Assembly: GCA_963786955.1 (NCBI GenBank)
Contig: CAWBAT010000005.1
Location: 352,001-416,000 of the forward strand
Length of the DNA: 64,000 bases
Source of the DNA: an uncultured Acidimicrobiia bacterium
GTDB taxonomy: Bacteria > Acidobacteriota > Terriglobia > Versatilivoradales > Versatilivoraceae
Direction of reading: 5' to 3'
The notes beneath the pieces were generated by a model that saw only the letters and a program-made list of their open reading frames with translations, made no database searches and was not told the origin of the DNA. Position numbers and translations under genes: made by a program. Numbering within the stretch: position 1 is the stretch's first letter; every line of letters begins with the position of its first letter. This document shows, piece by piece, positions 27,165-38,055 of the stretch.

Positions 27165-27818
27165 TTGAAACAGCGTTTCGATCTCATCATTTTTGACCTC
27201 GATGGGACTCTGATCGATTCCCGAATAGACCTGGCGAACAGCGTCAACTTCACCCGCCTACAAATGGGGTATGTCTTCACTGCCTCACGAACTCATTTTT
27301 ACCTACATCGGTGATGGGGCCTCCATGCTGATTCGGCGGGCCCTCGGGGAAGGGCTGCAAGAGGAAGACATCAAAGCTGCTCTGACAGATTTTTCTGGAT
27401 CACTATAAGCAGCACTTTTGGACCACACGGTCCTTTATCCAGGCGTCGCCAGCACGTTAAGCCACTTGTCTCATTTACGTTTAGCCGTCTTGTCTAATAA
27501 GCCAATCGAACCTAGCATAACAATACTCGAAGGACTGCAAATTCGAGATCGATTTGTCCAAATCTATGGTGGTGACAGCTTCGAACAAAAGAAACCTCAT
27601 CCCATGGGAATCGAACGGATTTTGAAGGATACCGGCATCACCAAGGACAAGCGCTGATGGTCGGGGATTCCAGAATTGACGTCATAACCGGACAAAATGC
27701 TAGGGTCGCAACATGCGGGGTCACTTACGGACTGGCAAGCGATACTTTACAGGGCCTGAGGCCAGATTTTTTGATTCAGCGATTCCCTGAATTGTTTCAA
27801 GTTGTGAACATCGAGTGA
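27165..27818 (+). CDS. HAD-IA hydrolase, phosphoglycolate phosphatase-like (split by indels)
   Basis: FDLDGTLIDS, LSNKP, KKPHP, MVGDS..D; AGGAG RBS before TTG. Confidence 0.85.
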
Positions 27819-27869
27819 TCTTTAGGTCCCATGCAATCCGACCATTGGGCAATCGAAATGCGGTAATCC

Positions 27870-28798
27870 ATGAGCCCGTCATCAAAGTCCAGGGGTTGAC
27901 CAAGAATTATCAAGCATTTCAGGCGGTCAAAGGAATTGATTTCGAAATCCACGCCGGCGAAGTATTTGGATTGCTTGGGCCTAATGGCGCTGGAAAAACC
28001 ACTACTGTTGAGATTCTGGAAGGCCTTCGCCCCCGGAGCGACGGTGAGGTTTGCGTTTTGGGATTCGACCCGGGATCTCAGAGCAGGCAACTTAAGGACA
28101 GGATCGGAGTCTGTCTCCAGTTCACCAACTTTTCGGCCAAATTGAAGGTTCACGAAGCCCTGGAGCTCTTCTCCAACCTGTATACGAAGACCATCCATTC
28201 CGAGCAACTCTTGAAACGCCTCTCGCTCTGGGAGAAACGAAATACATTTTATTCCCAACTTTCAGGTGGTCAGAAACAGCGGCTGGCTTTGGCCTTCGCT
28301 CTCCTCAATGACCCTCAAGTCCTCTTTTTGGATGAACCTTCGGCAGGGTCTGGATCCTCAAGCTCGTTTGGAGATTCATGAACTCATCCTAAACTTGCGA
28401 CGCGAGCGGCGAACCATTCTCTTAACCACTCATTATATCGAGGAGGCAGAAAAATTATGTGACCGGGTGGCTATCATCGACGAAGGCCGGATTATCGCGG
28501 CAGGAACGCCTCGAGAAATTCAAGCTCGGACGATGGGGCAATCAATCATTGAAATTCACTGTGAGGACCCACTTCCGCCTGAAATCGCTCTGCCCTGTTG
28601 GAATGGAGCTTCCAATGTTCACGGTCAGTGGCGATCGAAAGAATCTCATGATTCACTCCTCTCACCCTGCCCGTACCCTGGTGGAAATCGTGAAATGGGT
28701 GGACAGCCTGGGAATTGAACTGGCGGACGTCCATTTGAAGCGCCCTTCCCTGGAAGACATCATTTATCGAACTCACCGGGAAAAACCTGCGCGAATGA
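27870..28798 (+). CDS. ABC exporter ATP-binding protein (split by indels)
   Basis: GPNGAGKTT, LSGGQKQR, FLDEP, LTTHY, C-terminal PSLEDI; start approximate. Confidence 0.9.
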
Positions 28799-30996
28799 AA
28801 CCTTACCTTGCTCTCATAAAAGTAGATCTTAAGTTGGCGTTCCGGGATAAAGCGGTCATTTTTTTTAACTATCTTTTTCCGCTGATCTTCTTTTTCGTTT
28901 TTGCCGGGTTGCTCAAGGCCGAGCGCGGTGGAACCATTTCCTTCGTACTCTCCATGGTTCTGGTCATGGGAATCTTAGGGAACGGGTTGTTTGGGGCCGG
29001 TGTCCGGGCTGTGCAGGAGCGAGAATTGAATATCCTGAGACGTTTCAAGGTTACTCCCATCTCGCCCACCCCTATTCTCGTGGCCTCGATGATCTCGGGA
29101 TGGGTGATTTACATGCCGATTGTATGCTACTGGTCTGTCTGTCCCATTTCATCTACGGAATGCCCCTTCCAGCCAGAATTTTTTCCTTGTTCGGCCTGAT
29201 CACACTAGGAGTTTTTGCCTTCCGCGCGATCGGTCTCATTCTTGCGTCAGTGGCCAATTCAATGCAAGCGAGCCAGATCCTCACTCAACTACTCTATATG
29301 CCGATGCTGTTTCTCAGCGGAGCCACATTTCCCGTTCCCATGCTGCCGCCATGGGCACAAGTCATCAGCCAGTTTTTGCCGACTTCCTATCTCGTTACTG
29401 GATTCCAGGGAATTTTTTTCCGCCAACGAATCATTTCTTCGCCAACTGGTCCGCGGTACTGGCGCTGATCGGGACGGCAATTTTAGGCATTTTCATTTCG
29501 GTCAAACTGTTTCGCTGGGAAAAGGATGAAAAATCAGCCGTCGGGCCATGTGCTGGGTTGTGGCCGTTCTAGTCCTTTTCTCATTTTGGGCAGCTACCAA
29601 ACTTACAGCCGCGATCATATTCGAAACGCACAGATTCTCCAGCGAGACCTTGAAAGAAGTGGAACTTTGCTCATTCCAAGGTCCCCGGATTTTCATTGGG
29701 AACGGCCAAATAATCGAAACAGGAGCTGTCCTTGTAAGGACGGGATCATTGAAGAGGTGTTTAACACGCGGGTGCCTGATCCAAATTCTTACAAAGCCAT
29801 AGTGATTGAGGGATCCGGGAAAACTCTACTGCCTGGCTTGATCGATGTTCACGTCCATCTGGCGGCCCCAGCCGGCTTCTCTGAGTCCTCTCCGGAATTT
29901 GACTTGCAAAAAGCATGTCCCGGGCTTTGGCCTCCTATCTCTACTGTGGAGTCACTACCGTAAAAAGTGTTACCGACCCGCTGGATGAGTCATTGAAGCT
30001 GCGAGAAAAAGTAAATGCAGGGTGAGCGCCTCGGGAGCTCTTTATTTACTTGCGGACCGGCTTTTACGGCCGAAGGGGGACATGGCACGGAATTTTTTGA
30101 GGGACTTACCCGCATCCTTGAAGACGTATTGCACTGCAACAGTGGGTCCGACTGCCCAAGACTGGCGAGGAGGCCCGACAGCAGGTGCGCGAACTCAAAG
30201 CATCCGGAGTTGACGGGATCAAAGGAATTTTAGAATCGGGGACTTCGGCACATCCGTTCAATCGGATGGATGGGTTGATCCTGGAAGCTGTGGTTCAGGA
30301 AGCTCGCGCTCAAAATCTCCCTTTGTGATCCACACGGGGAGCAGTCAAGATATCACTGATGCACTCAAAACAGGTCCCGACGGGATTGAACATGGGACTT
30401 CCCGAGATGGGGTCACCGAGGAACTATTGAGCCAAATGGCACGAATGGGAGTCTATCTATGATCCGACCTTGAGTGTCGTTGAAGCTTATGCCAAAACTC
30501 CTGCTGAGGCCCAAGAACTCCTGGACCGTTCCCTCGTCCAGCAAGTTGTCCCAGCCAAGCTTCTCCAGAGTATACGGAAAACTTTGCATCTGGAGAAATG
30601 AAGGCGTATTTGAACCGTGTTCCCGCATTGGGGTCAGGAGGACTGGCTCAAGGGAAAGAAAATCTTCTCCGTGCCTTTCGCGCCGGTGTCCCTTTGGTTA
30701 CAGGGTCAGACAGTGGCCATCTTCTGTTATTCCATGGGCCGGCAATCCACCGCGAATTACAGCTCTGGGTCGAATCCGGAATTCCTCCAGCCGTAGCACT
30801 AAAAGCCGCTACTTTCAATGCCGCCCATTTACTCCGTGCCGACCAGCATATTGGTTTGATAGCAAAGGGTTATGATGCGGACCTTCTTCTAGTGGATGGA
30901 AACCCACTTCAGGACATCAGCGCAACCGAGCGAATTTCTCTGGTCATCCACAAAGGGGAACGAATCAATCGTCCAAAATTATTTGAGCAGGAATGA
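28795..30996 (+). CDS. ABC-2 permease fused to metal-dependent amidohydrolase (re-joined across several indels)
   Basis: ABC2 membrane motifs (FFNYLFPL, ERELNILRRF, FLSGATFP, LFRWE), one more TM, then PGLIDVHVH, IHTG, IEHG, GSDSG, G.IAKGYDADLLLVDGNPL. Confidence 0.75.
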
Positions 30997-31160
30997 TAGC
31001 GACGATTTGCACGGTCGGTTCGACCCATTGCCTTCTCCTGCAACGTGAGAGAGCAAAAAAGGAGCTAGATCGCTGCCGGAGACAAGTATTCGCACCAGTG
31101 CATGAGTCCGCGGCCGTTTCCGAGATGGGACTTTCCTGCAGAACTAATCCTGTCACAATC

Positions 31161-32600
31161 TTAGTGAATCTGTTTTTGAGGAACCAAAGGCTCTTTCTTG
31201 GCGCAGAGTTTCTCATGGGTCTGCTGGATTGCATGGAGTTTATTCAGGTAGACGAAAGTTTCGTGGGACCGATATTTTTTCAGCCATTGGAATTCTTTCC
31301 GTTCCTGACGAGTTGGGGAGGTCTTGCTCTCCAGTTCTTCGAGCCTGGACAGCGGATAGAACCAATCCAGCCCGAAGTTTTCCAACCCGTAGCGGACTCT
31401 TTTGGGTCCCCCATTATACGCCGCCCCAGACGCATAGATTTCCTTGCCGGAGCCGATCAGAGACGGAAAGCTTCTGGATAACTCTGCCAAATCGTGATCC
31501 AGCAGGCAGATTTCCGCCTTGATCGCATTCACATGGTCTCCTGTGGCTTCCAAGAAATTGCGGGGGATATTGGCTTCTGAATACTGGCTCCAAACCACTT
31601 TCATTCCCATGGGAGTGAATTGAGTCAGCCCGCGGGCACTGGCATAATTCCCGGTGAAACGATAGGCATCTTCCTGGTTTGCTCCGACGATTACCAGGAT
31701 GCGTCCAGCCAGCCGCATAAATTGGCTCTCTTGTTCTTCGTTGAATTCCCAAGAATTGGCGGCAATGGAACGAAAACTTCCCGGGTCCATTTGCTCAGTC
31801 AAAATCAAGTTGAAATAATCTTTGTCAGTCAAACCAGAAGTATCGCCCAGACTCATTTCGGGAAAGGCTCGCGAGCGCACCTGAGACAGTTCCTTACGAG
31901 CTTGTACAATCTTCTCCATCAAGTAAGTCATCCCAGCCTCCACGAGTTCCGTTTGGAGGAGTGCGCTGGAATACGGTGTATAAATAATGGCATCTTGTTC
32001 CAGGAACCGTTGTCGCTTCGGCTCCAGGCCATAAAGGAGAGCCACAACACCCGTGTCGGGGGGGTCTAAAACTGAGATCGAAGAGTTGAACCCGTTCCAC
32101 CAATCGACTTGGACTTTGACGGTGGAATCCAAGAGGTTCAGCTTACCGGCCTTTTCTTCAGCCGAAACAATCCTAATTTCTCCTGTTTTGAAATTGGCTA
32201 ACGCCAGCTTGATTTCTCGCCGGTACTCTCCCTTTTTTGCGGCGGGAAAATACCGGACCGTTTCTTTTTCCAACCTTGATTTGGCGTCTTCTATGACGGG
32301 CAACAGGGCTACTTCAGTCGCAAAGGGGGCTTCGCTTAAAGCAGGCATGGGTTTAAGTGGACGGCCTACTTTCAGCCGCCTATGTCTTACGACGCGAACT
32401 TGGCTGCTCTTCTTCTTTTTGGAGGAAGTGGTGGAGGACGAAGCAGTCACCGCCGCAAAGGCGGATGCTTCGATCCATTCTGTGACCGTCGAAGAGCCAA
32501 TCAAAAGCAACAGAAAAGCAACAGTCGAAATGACTTGGCGCGTCATACACCGATGAAGGAAACTCGAACAACGAAGAATTCTCCATAAAAACGATTTCAA
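31161..32600 (-). CDS. Exported hypothetical protein with putative lytic-transglycosylase-like C-terminal domain
   Basis: 479 aa; TM/signal, Ser/Lys-rich linker, SARGLTQF and AAYNGGP resembling SLT motifs. Confidence 0.6.
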   Translation of the reverse strand: MKSFLWRILRCSSFLHRCMTRQVISTVAFLLLLIGSSTVTEWIEASAFAAVTASSSTTSSKKKKSSQVRVVRHRRLKVGRPLKPMPALSEAPFATEVALLPVIEDAKSRLEKETVRYFPAAKKGEYRREIKLALANFKTGEIRIVSAEEKAGKLNLLDSTVKVQVDWWNGFNSSISVLDPPDTGVVALLYGLEPKRQRFLEQDAIIYTPYSSALLQTELVEAGMTYLMEKIVQARKELSQVRSRAFPEMSLGDTSGLTDKDYFNLILTEQMDPGSFRSIAANSWEFNEEQESQFMRLAGRILVIVGANQEDAYRFTGNYASARGLTQFTPMGMKVVWSQYSEANIPRNFLEATGDHVNAIKAEICLLDHDLAELSRSFPSLIGSGKEIYASGAAYNGGPKRVRYGLENFGLDWFYPLSRLEELESKTSPTRQERKEFQWLKKYRSHETFVYLNKLHAIQQTHEKLCAKKEPLVPQKQIH

Positions 32601-32922
32601 CCCCTCTATTAATCAGACCATCCTTATTCTCGTCTTTAACGAGGAACAACTTTATCCTAAATGCAAAGTGCTATCGTGCAAACTCATCCGGTCCTCTGCG
32701 GCTTCTCGCTGGCCAGAAAGCGAAAATACATCACCAAAAGCAGGTGAGTCAACAGACGATTCGGCGCTGCCGGGTTGCAATGTCATAATTAAGGGTTCAT
32801 GAAGCAAGGAAGCAATTGTGTTCTCGGGGCAGCGCGAAACGCCGAAATTCGCTATACTCCCTCTGATATTGTTCAGGAAATTCAGAACGGTGTTTTCAAA
32901 GAGAGGTCCGCAGAGATAAAGC

Positions 32923-34185
32923 TTGGAATCATTCTTTGAAAGGATTCGAGGGTTTGCAAAGTCATCGTCGAAGGGAAATGAAGTGCAGAGAGTGATTACG
33001 AAAAAACAATGGATTGGATTGACAGTCGCCATCGGGCTGACCCTCTATGTCGCCGAGGTCACCGCCAAGAAGGGTTTACCGCAAGGGAAGCTGTTCCGAA
33101 GCGAAGATATCATTTGGTTGAATCAGGAATGCCTCCGCAAACTCCGCGCCTGCAGAATCACGGCTGACGATGGCACCATCCTGTACACTCCTGAAGGCCA
33201 TGGAAATCACAAAGCCCTCTGGACGCGCGATTTCAGTTACATGGTTGAAAACGCAGGGGATTTGATCCCACAGAACCAGATCCGCCAAGGCATTCTCTAT
33301 TTGCTCAAAGGTCAGCGGGAAGATGGTTGTATCCCGGACCGTGCCCAAGGCGACGGACAGGTGGTCTACAGTACAGGGACGCCGGAGGCGCCTCTGGGGG
33401 ATGTACCGACCGATAACTCCCAATTTATGGTCAAACTCGTAGCCGACTATATTCGCCTCTCCGGCGACCCAATGTTCTTCAGTCGGGTGTACACCCAACT
33501 GGACAAGGCTATGAATTTCACACGTCGCAGCCCGGAGGGTCTGGTTTACATCCCTCCAGGTCACCGCCAATCTCCGGATGGATTCACCAGCACTGTGGCC
33601 AAGAGCGGTGACCTTTTGTTCTCTTCTCTGCTCTACTGGGAAGCTTGCGGCTTGATCTCCCGCTTACACGAAAAGGCCGGCAGATTGGAAAAAAGTGCTG
33701 ACTACCGTTACCGGGCCAAGCTCATCGAAAGAAATCTGGATTCATTATTCGACGCCAATGCTGGCCTCTACCTTGCAGCCTCGGTCGATTGTCGGCAGAT
33801 TGATATTTGGGGGAATGCTTATAGCTTGTATTTAGGCTTCCCCACTCCCAACGCAGAGCGTATTCGCCAGGCTCTACTGGCCAATCTCGACCGCTACACC
33901 TGGCACGGGCAGATCCGGCAATTGCCCAAGGGGCAGTATTGGCAAAAGCTACTGACGGACGTCAAGAAAGACACCTACCAGAATGGAGCCTACTGGGGAA
34001 CCGCTTCAGGGTGGGTCATTGCCGCTATTGCGCCAATTGATGCCCGAAAAGCCAGCCTCTTGTTCTCCGACCTGGTAAAATTCTATCGCAAGAGCGGAGT
34101 CCCCGAATGTGCCGGTCCAGGCTATTTCAATTTGCCGGACTATGTGGCCAGCGCGGTCAACGTGCGGGCGGTCGCCCGTCGCTAG
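32923..34185 (+). CDS. (alpha/alpha)6-barrel glycoside hydrolase-like protein
   Basis: signal/TM, WTRDFSY, DNSQF, YQNGAYW motifs; true start probably near 32982. Confidence 0.7.
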   Translation: MESFFERIRGFAKSSSKGNEVQRVITKKQWIGLTVAIGLTLYVAEVTAKKGLPQGKLFRSEDIIWLNQECLRKLRACRITADDGTILYTPEGHGNHKALWTRDFSYMVENAGDLIPQNQIRQGILYLLKGQREDGCIPDRAQGDGQVVYSTGTPEAPLGDVPTDNSQFMVKLVADYIRLSGDPMFFSRVYTQLDKAMNFTRRSPEGLVYIPPGHRQSPDGFTSTVAKSGDLLFSSLLYWEACGLISRLHEKAGRLEKSADYRYRAKLIERNLDSLFDANAGLYLAASVDCRQIDIWGNAYSLYLGFPTPNAERIRQALLANLDRYTWHGQIRQLPKGQYWQKLLTDVKKDTYQNGAYWGTASGWVIAAIAPIDARKASLLFSDLVKFYRKSGVPECAGPGYFNLPDYVASAVNVRAVARR

Positions 34186-34239
34186 TGTTTTATTCCATAA
34201 TTGGAGGGTTAGACCGCACTCCTTTTTGGCTTAAACCCC

Positions 34240-34267
34240 TTGACAATCTTGGCTCGGAGCTTATAAT
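34240..34267 (+). promoter_or_regulatory. Consensus sigma70 promoter
   Basis: TTGACA, 16 bp, TATAAT directly upstream of the SAM riboswitch. Confidence 0.85.
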
Positions 34268-34292
34268 TAATTGTTTACAATTGAATCGGATG

Positions 34293-34396
34293 TTCTTATC
34301 CAGAGTGGTTGAGGGACTGGCCCTTTGACACCACGGCAACCTCCCGCAAGGGAAGGTGCCAACTCCTGCAGAAGTAATGTTTCTGGAAGATAAGAA
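34293..34396 (+). ncRNA. SAM-I (S-box) riboswitch
   Basis: TTCTTATCCAGAG..GAGGGACTGGCCC..GGCAACC..AAGGTGCCAACTCCTGCAG..CTGGAAGATAAGAA with P1 TTCTTATC/GATAAGAA. Confidence 0.95.
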
Positions 34397-34411
34397 TGAG
34401 TTGATTGCCCC

Positions 34412-34440
34412 ACCTCTTCTTATCGAAGAGGTTTTTTTTT
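34412..34440 (+). terminator. Riboswitch expression-platform terminator
   Basis: ACCTCTTC-TTATC-GAAGAGGT plus T run; contains TTCTTATC (34417-34424) able to pair with the P1 3' strand as antiterminator. Confidence 0.9.
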
Positions 34441-34504
34441 GCACGGGACGAAAATCATGGCGGGATTGCAGCCGGTTCTAAAAACGAAAATTGAGGGATT
34501 AAAC

Positions 34505-35755
34505 ATGACATCTTGTGTCACTGGCCTTCGGTGTCGGGAGTGCGGGAGACAATACCCGAAGGCCCCACTTTCTGTTTGTGAATTCTGCTTTGGTCCTCTC
34601 GAGGTCGTCTATGATTACGCCGCTCTTCAAGGCCGGTTTTCGCGTAAACTCATCCAAAGTCGTGAGCCCAATATGTGGCGCTATCGGGAAGTTCTGCCCA
34701 TCGACGGAGAAGCCACGGTTGGGAAACAAGTAGGGTTTACGCCTCTCGTCCGGGCTGTGAACCTGGGCAAACGGTTGGGAATTCGCGAGCTGTATATTAA
34801 GAACGATAGTGTCTGCTTCCCGACACTCTCATTTAAGGACCGGGTGGTCTCTGTGGCACTCACAAAAGCATTGGAGTTCGGCTTTGACACCGTGGGATGT
34901 GCTTCTACTGGCAATTTGGCCAATTCCGTGGCATCCAATGCCGCCAGCGTGGGACTGCGCAGCTACATATTTATTCCATCTGATCTGGAATTGGGAAAAG
35001 TCTTGGGCACGATGATCTACAAAACAAATGTCATTGGAGTGAATGGGAATTATGATGACGTGAACCGGCTCTGCAGTGAAATTGCCGGAAAGTACCACTG
35101 GGGCTTCGTCAATATCAATCTCCGACCGTTCTACGCGGAAGGCTCCAAGAGCTTCGGTTACGAAATCGCGGAGCAACTGAACTGGAGAATTCCAGACTGT
35201 GTGGTCGTCCCGATGGCAGGGGGATCTTTGATCACGAAAATCTATAAAGCCTTTAAAGAGTTTGAAACGCTGGGTTTGGTTTCCGGGAACCCCAGTCGGA
35301 TATTTGGAGCTCAGGCTACGGGCTGTTCTCCGATTACTTCAGCCGTTAAAGCTGGGCGGGATTTCATAAAGCCGGTAAAACCTCAGACCATCGCAAAGTC
35401 CATTGCCATTGGAAATCCGGCCGATGGGTTCTATGCGATCAAAACGATGAAAGAGACAGGCGGTTGGGGAGAGGATGTATCCGACGACGAGATCATCCAA
35501 GGGATCCAGATGCTGGCAGAGGACGAGGGAATTTTCACAGAGACAGCCGGGGGGGTAACCGTCAGCGTCACCCAGAAACTGGTAGAGCAAGGCCGTATCC
35601 GGAAAGATGACGTCACGGTGATCGCCATCACCGGAAATGGCCTTAAAACCCAGGAAGCCATCCAGAATCGCCTCCTCCGTCCAGAAGTTATCAGTGCGAA
35701 GCTCAGCGAATTTGAAAAAACTGTTTCTAAAGCAACCACCATTCACTCGTCGTAA
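34505..35755 (+). CDS. Threonine synthase-like PLP enzyme (candidate O-phosphohomoserine sulfhydrylase)
   Basis: Zn-ribbon CRECG..CEFCFGPL, PTLSFKDR PLP lysine, CASTGNLANS, TGNGLK; first gene behind SAM riboswitch. Confidence 0.9.
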   Translation: MTSCVTGLRCRECGRQYPKAPLSVCEFCFGPLEVVYDYAALQGRFSRKLIQSREPNMWRYREVLPIDGEATVGKQVGFTPLVRAVNLGKRLGIRELYIKNDSVCFPTLSFKDRVVSVALTKALEFGFDTVGCASTGNLANSVASNAASVGLRSYIFIPSDLELGKVLGTMIYKTNVIGVNGNYDDVNRLCSEIAGKYHWGFVNINLRPFYAEGSKSFGYEIAEQLNWRIPDCVVVPMAGGSLITKIYKAFKEFETLGLVSGNPSRIFGAQATGCSPITSAVKAGRDFIKPVKPQTIAKSIAIGNPADGFYAIKTMKETGGWGEDVSDDEIIQGIQMLAEDEGIFTETAGGVTVSVTQKLVEQGRIRKDDVTVIAITGNGLKTQEAIQNRLLRPEVISAKLSEFEKTVSKATTIHSS

Positions 35756-35824
35756 GACGGCGGGGGCCGTTATTTAATCTGCAATGAGTCTTTTCAATCC
35801 GGCCCGCCGAAAGGTCGATCCATC

Positions 35825-36859
35825 ATGCTAGAACCGTCATCCCGATATTCACGCCAAATCTTATTTTCTGAAATTGGCAAAGCAGGCCAGCAGCGTTTGC
35901 TGGAGAGCAAAGTGGTGATTGTCGGTTGTGGCGCACTCGGGACCGTTCAGGCCGAATCGCTTTGTCGTGCCGGGGTTGGGACGATTCGAATCGTCGACCG
36001 TGATTTTGTCGAAGAAAGCAACTTGCAACGTCAGACTCTCTTCTGTGAAGAAGACGCGAAAAATGGTTTGCCTAAGGCTGTCGCTGCGCAAAAGAGGCTG
36101 GCCCAAATCAATTCTCAAACTGCCATTGAGCCGCTAGTGGCTGATGTGAATTTTAAGAATATCGAACAGTTGGTCGACGGGATGGATTGCATCCTTGACG
36201 CGACAGACAATTTCGAAACCCGTTTTCTGATTAACGATGTGTCTGTAAGGAACCGGATCCCTTGGGTCTATGGGGCCGCCGTTGGATCTGAAGGTCTCAC
36301 GATGACCATAGTTCCTGGCCGGAGTCCCTGCTTACGCTGTGTCTTTGAGCAGTCTCCTCCTCCGGGCATGTCTCCCACCTGCGATACAGCCGGCGTGCTA
36401 GCACCGATTGTGAATGTCATTGCATCCATCCAGGTGGCCGAGACATTGAAAATTTTGACAGGCAACTTGGATCGAGTCAGCTGCAAGTTGCTTTCAATCA
36501 ACGTCTGGGAAGGGGTTTGGAAGCAGCTTGACGTGTCGACTGCCAAAACTCTGGGCACCTGCCCATGTTGCGATGCCGGGAGGTTTGATTTCCTTCAAGG
36601 TAAATTAGGTTCATTAGCCACTACCCTTTGTGGCCGTGACTCCGTACAGATCAGCAACCTCGAAGGAACTGCCGTCGATTTCGGAGAATTGGCCCGAAGG
36701 CTTGCGCCGATAGGACTAGTTCATTACAACCAATTTCTGTTGCGCTTTCAATGTTGAACGTTACGAGATCGCGGTGTTTGCTGATGGCCGCAGCATTGTT
36801 CGCGGAACGAAGGATACCGAGGTTGCCGAACCGTCTTTTCCAAATACATTGGAGCTTGA
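35825..36859 (+). CDS. ThiF/MoeB family adenylyltransferase (C-terminus frameshifted)
   Basis: RYSRQ, VGCGALG, DRDFVEESNLQRQ, DATDNFETR, PCLRC, TCDTAGVL, CPCC. Confidence 0.92.
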
Positions 36860-36914
36860 AGAAAGCGAGACGAGTCTCGTGATCGTGGTTGAAATCTTAG
36901 AAAGGTGAGAAAGG

Positions 36915-38007
36915 ATGAGTCGCAAAGTCAAAGTCGGGATTCTCGGTGCGACAGGAACTGTTGGGCAACGATTTATTCAACTTCTTGAAAACCATCCCTG
37001 GTTCGAAGTGGGTGATATTGCCGCCTCAGACCGTTCTCAAGGGAAGCTTTATGCAGAGGTTTGTCAGTGGAAGATTTCGGGGCAAATGCCCGAATACATT
37101 CGCCAATTCAGCATAAAAGAATGCGTCCCGAATCTGGATTGCGAACTGGTTCTCTCTGGTTTGCCATCTTCGATTGCCGGCGAAGTCGAGACGGCATTCG
37201 CCCAGGCCGGTTACCCAGTCCTTAGTAATTCGAAGAACCATCGAATGGACGAAGATGTTCCCTTGCTTGTCCCCGAGATCAATGCAGAACATTTAGACCT
37301 CATTCCGATTCAAAAGAAAAACCAGAAATTTGAGACGGGTGGCTATATTGTAACTAATCCGAATTGCACGACGATGGCCATGATTCTGGCCCTGGCACCG
37401 CTCCATCATGAGTTCGGTCTGGAGTGTGTCAGCGTTGTGACGATGCAGGCGCTCTCGGGCGCCGGTTATCCTGGCGTGGCAAGTATGGACTTGCTCGATA
37501 ATGTTATTCCTTATATTGCCGATGAAGAGGAGAAAGTAGAGGTCGAGCCCCGGAAGATTCTTGGAACGCTCTCGGACGGCAAAATCACCTTCGCCGATTT
37601 CAAGGTGAGCGCCCATTGCCATCGGGTACATGTCCTGGATGGACATCTAGAAGCTGTCTCCGTCGGATTGCGTCGCCGCCCGAAAAAGGAGCAACTCATC
37701 CAAGCCATGACGAGCTTCCGGTCGATTCCGCAAGAGCTGAATCTTCCGAGCGCTCCCCAACGACCCGTGGTGTACCTGGAAGGTGTCGATCGCCCTCAAC
37801 CCAGACTAGACCGGGATATGGAGAGGGGAATGGCCACGATTGTCGGCCGCGTGCGGGAATGCAGCGTGCTTGATTACAAATTCGATCTCCTGGGACATAA
37901 TACGATTCGAGGCGCCGCCGGGTGCCGCGATATTGAATGCAGAATTGCTCCTGGCTCAGGGATGGCTAAAGACCGCAGCCCGGGAAGAAATAATGACACA
38001 GGTTTAA
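36915..38007 (+). CDS. asd: Aspartate-semialdehyde dehydrogenase, archaeal/fungal-type
   Basis: GATGTVGQRF..LLENHPWF, TNPNCTT, QALSGAG, HNTIRGAAG; corrected frame ends AAILNAELL...TQV* at 38007. Confidence 0.93.
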
Positions 38008-38055
38008 CCAAATGTTTCCGCCAGCCCGTTGGATCTCAATCCATTAGGAGGACAC

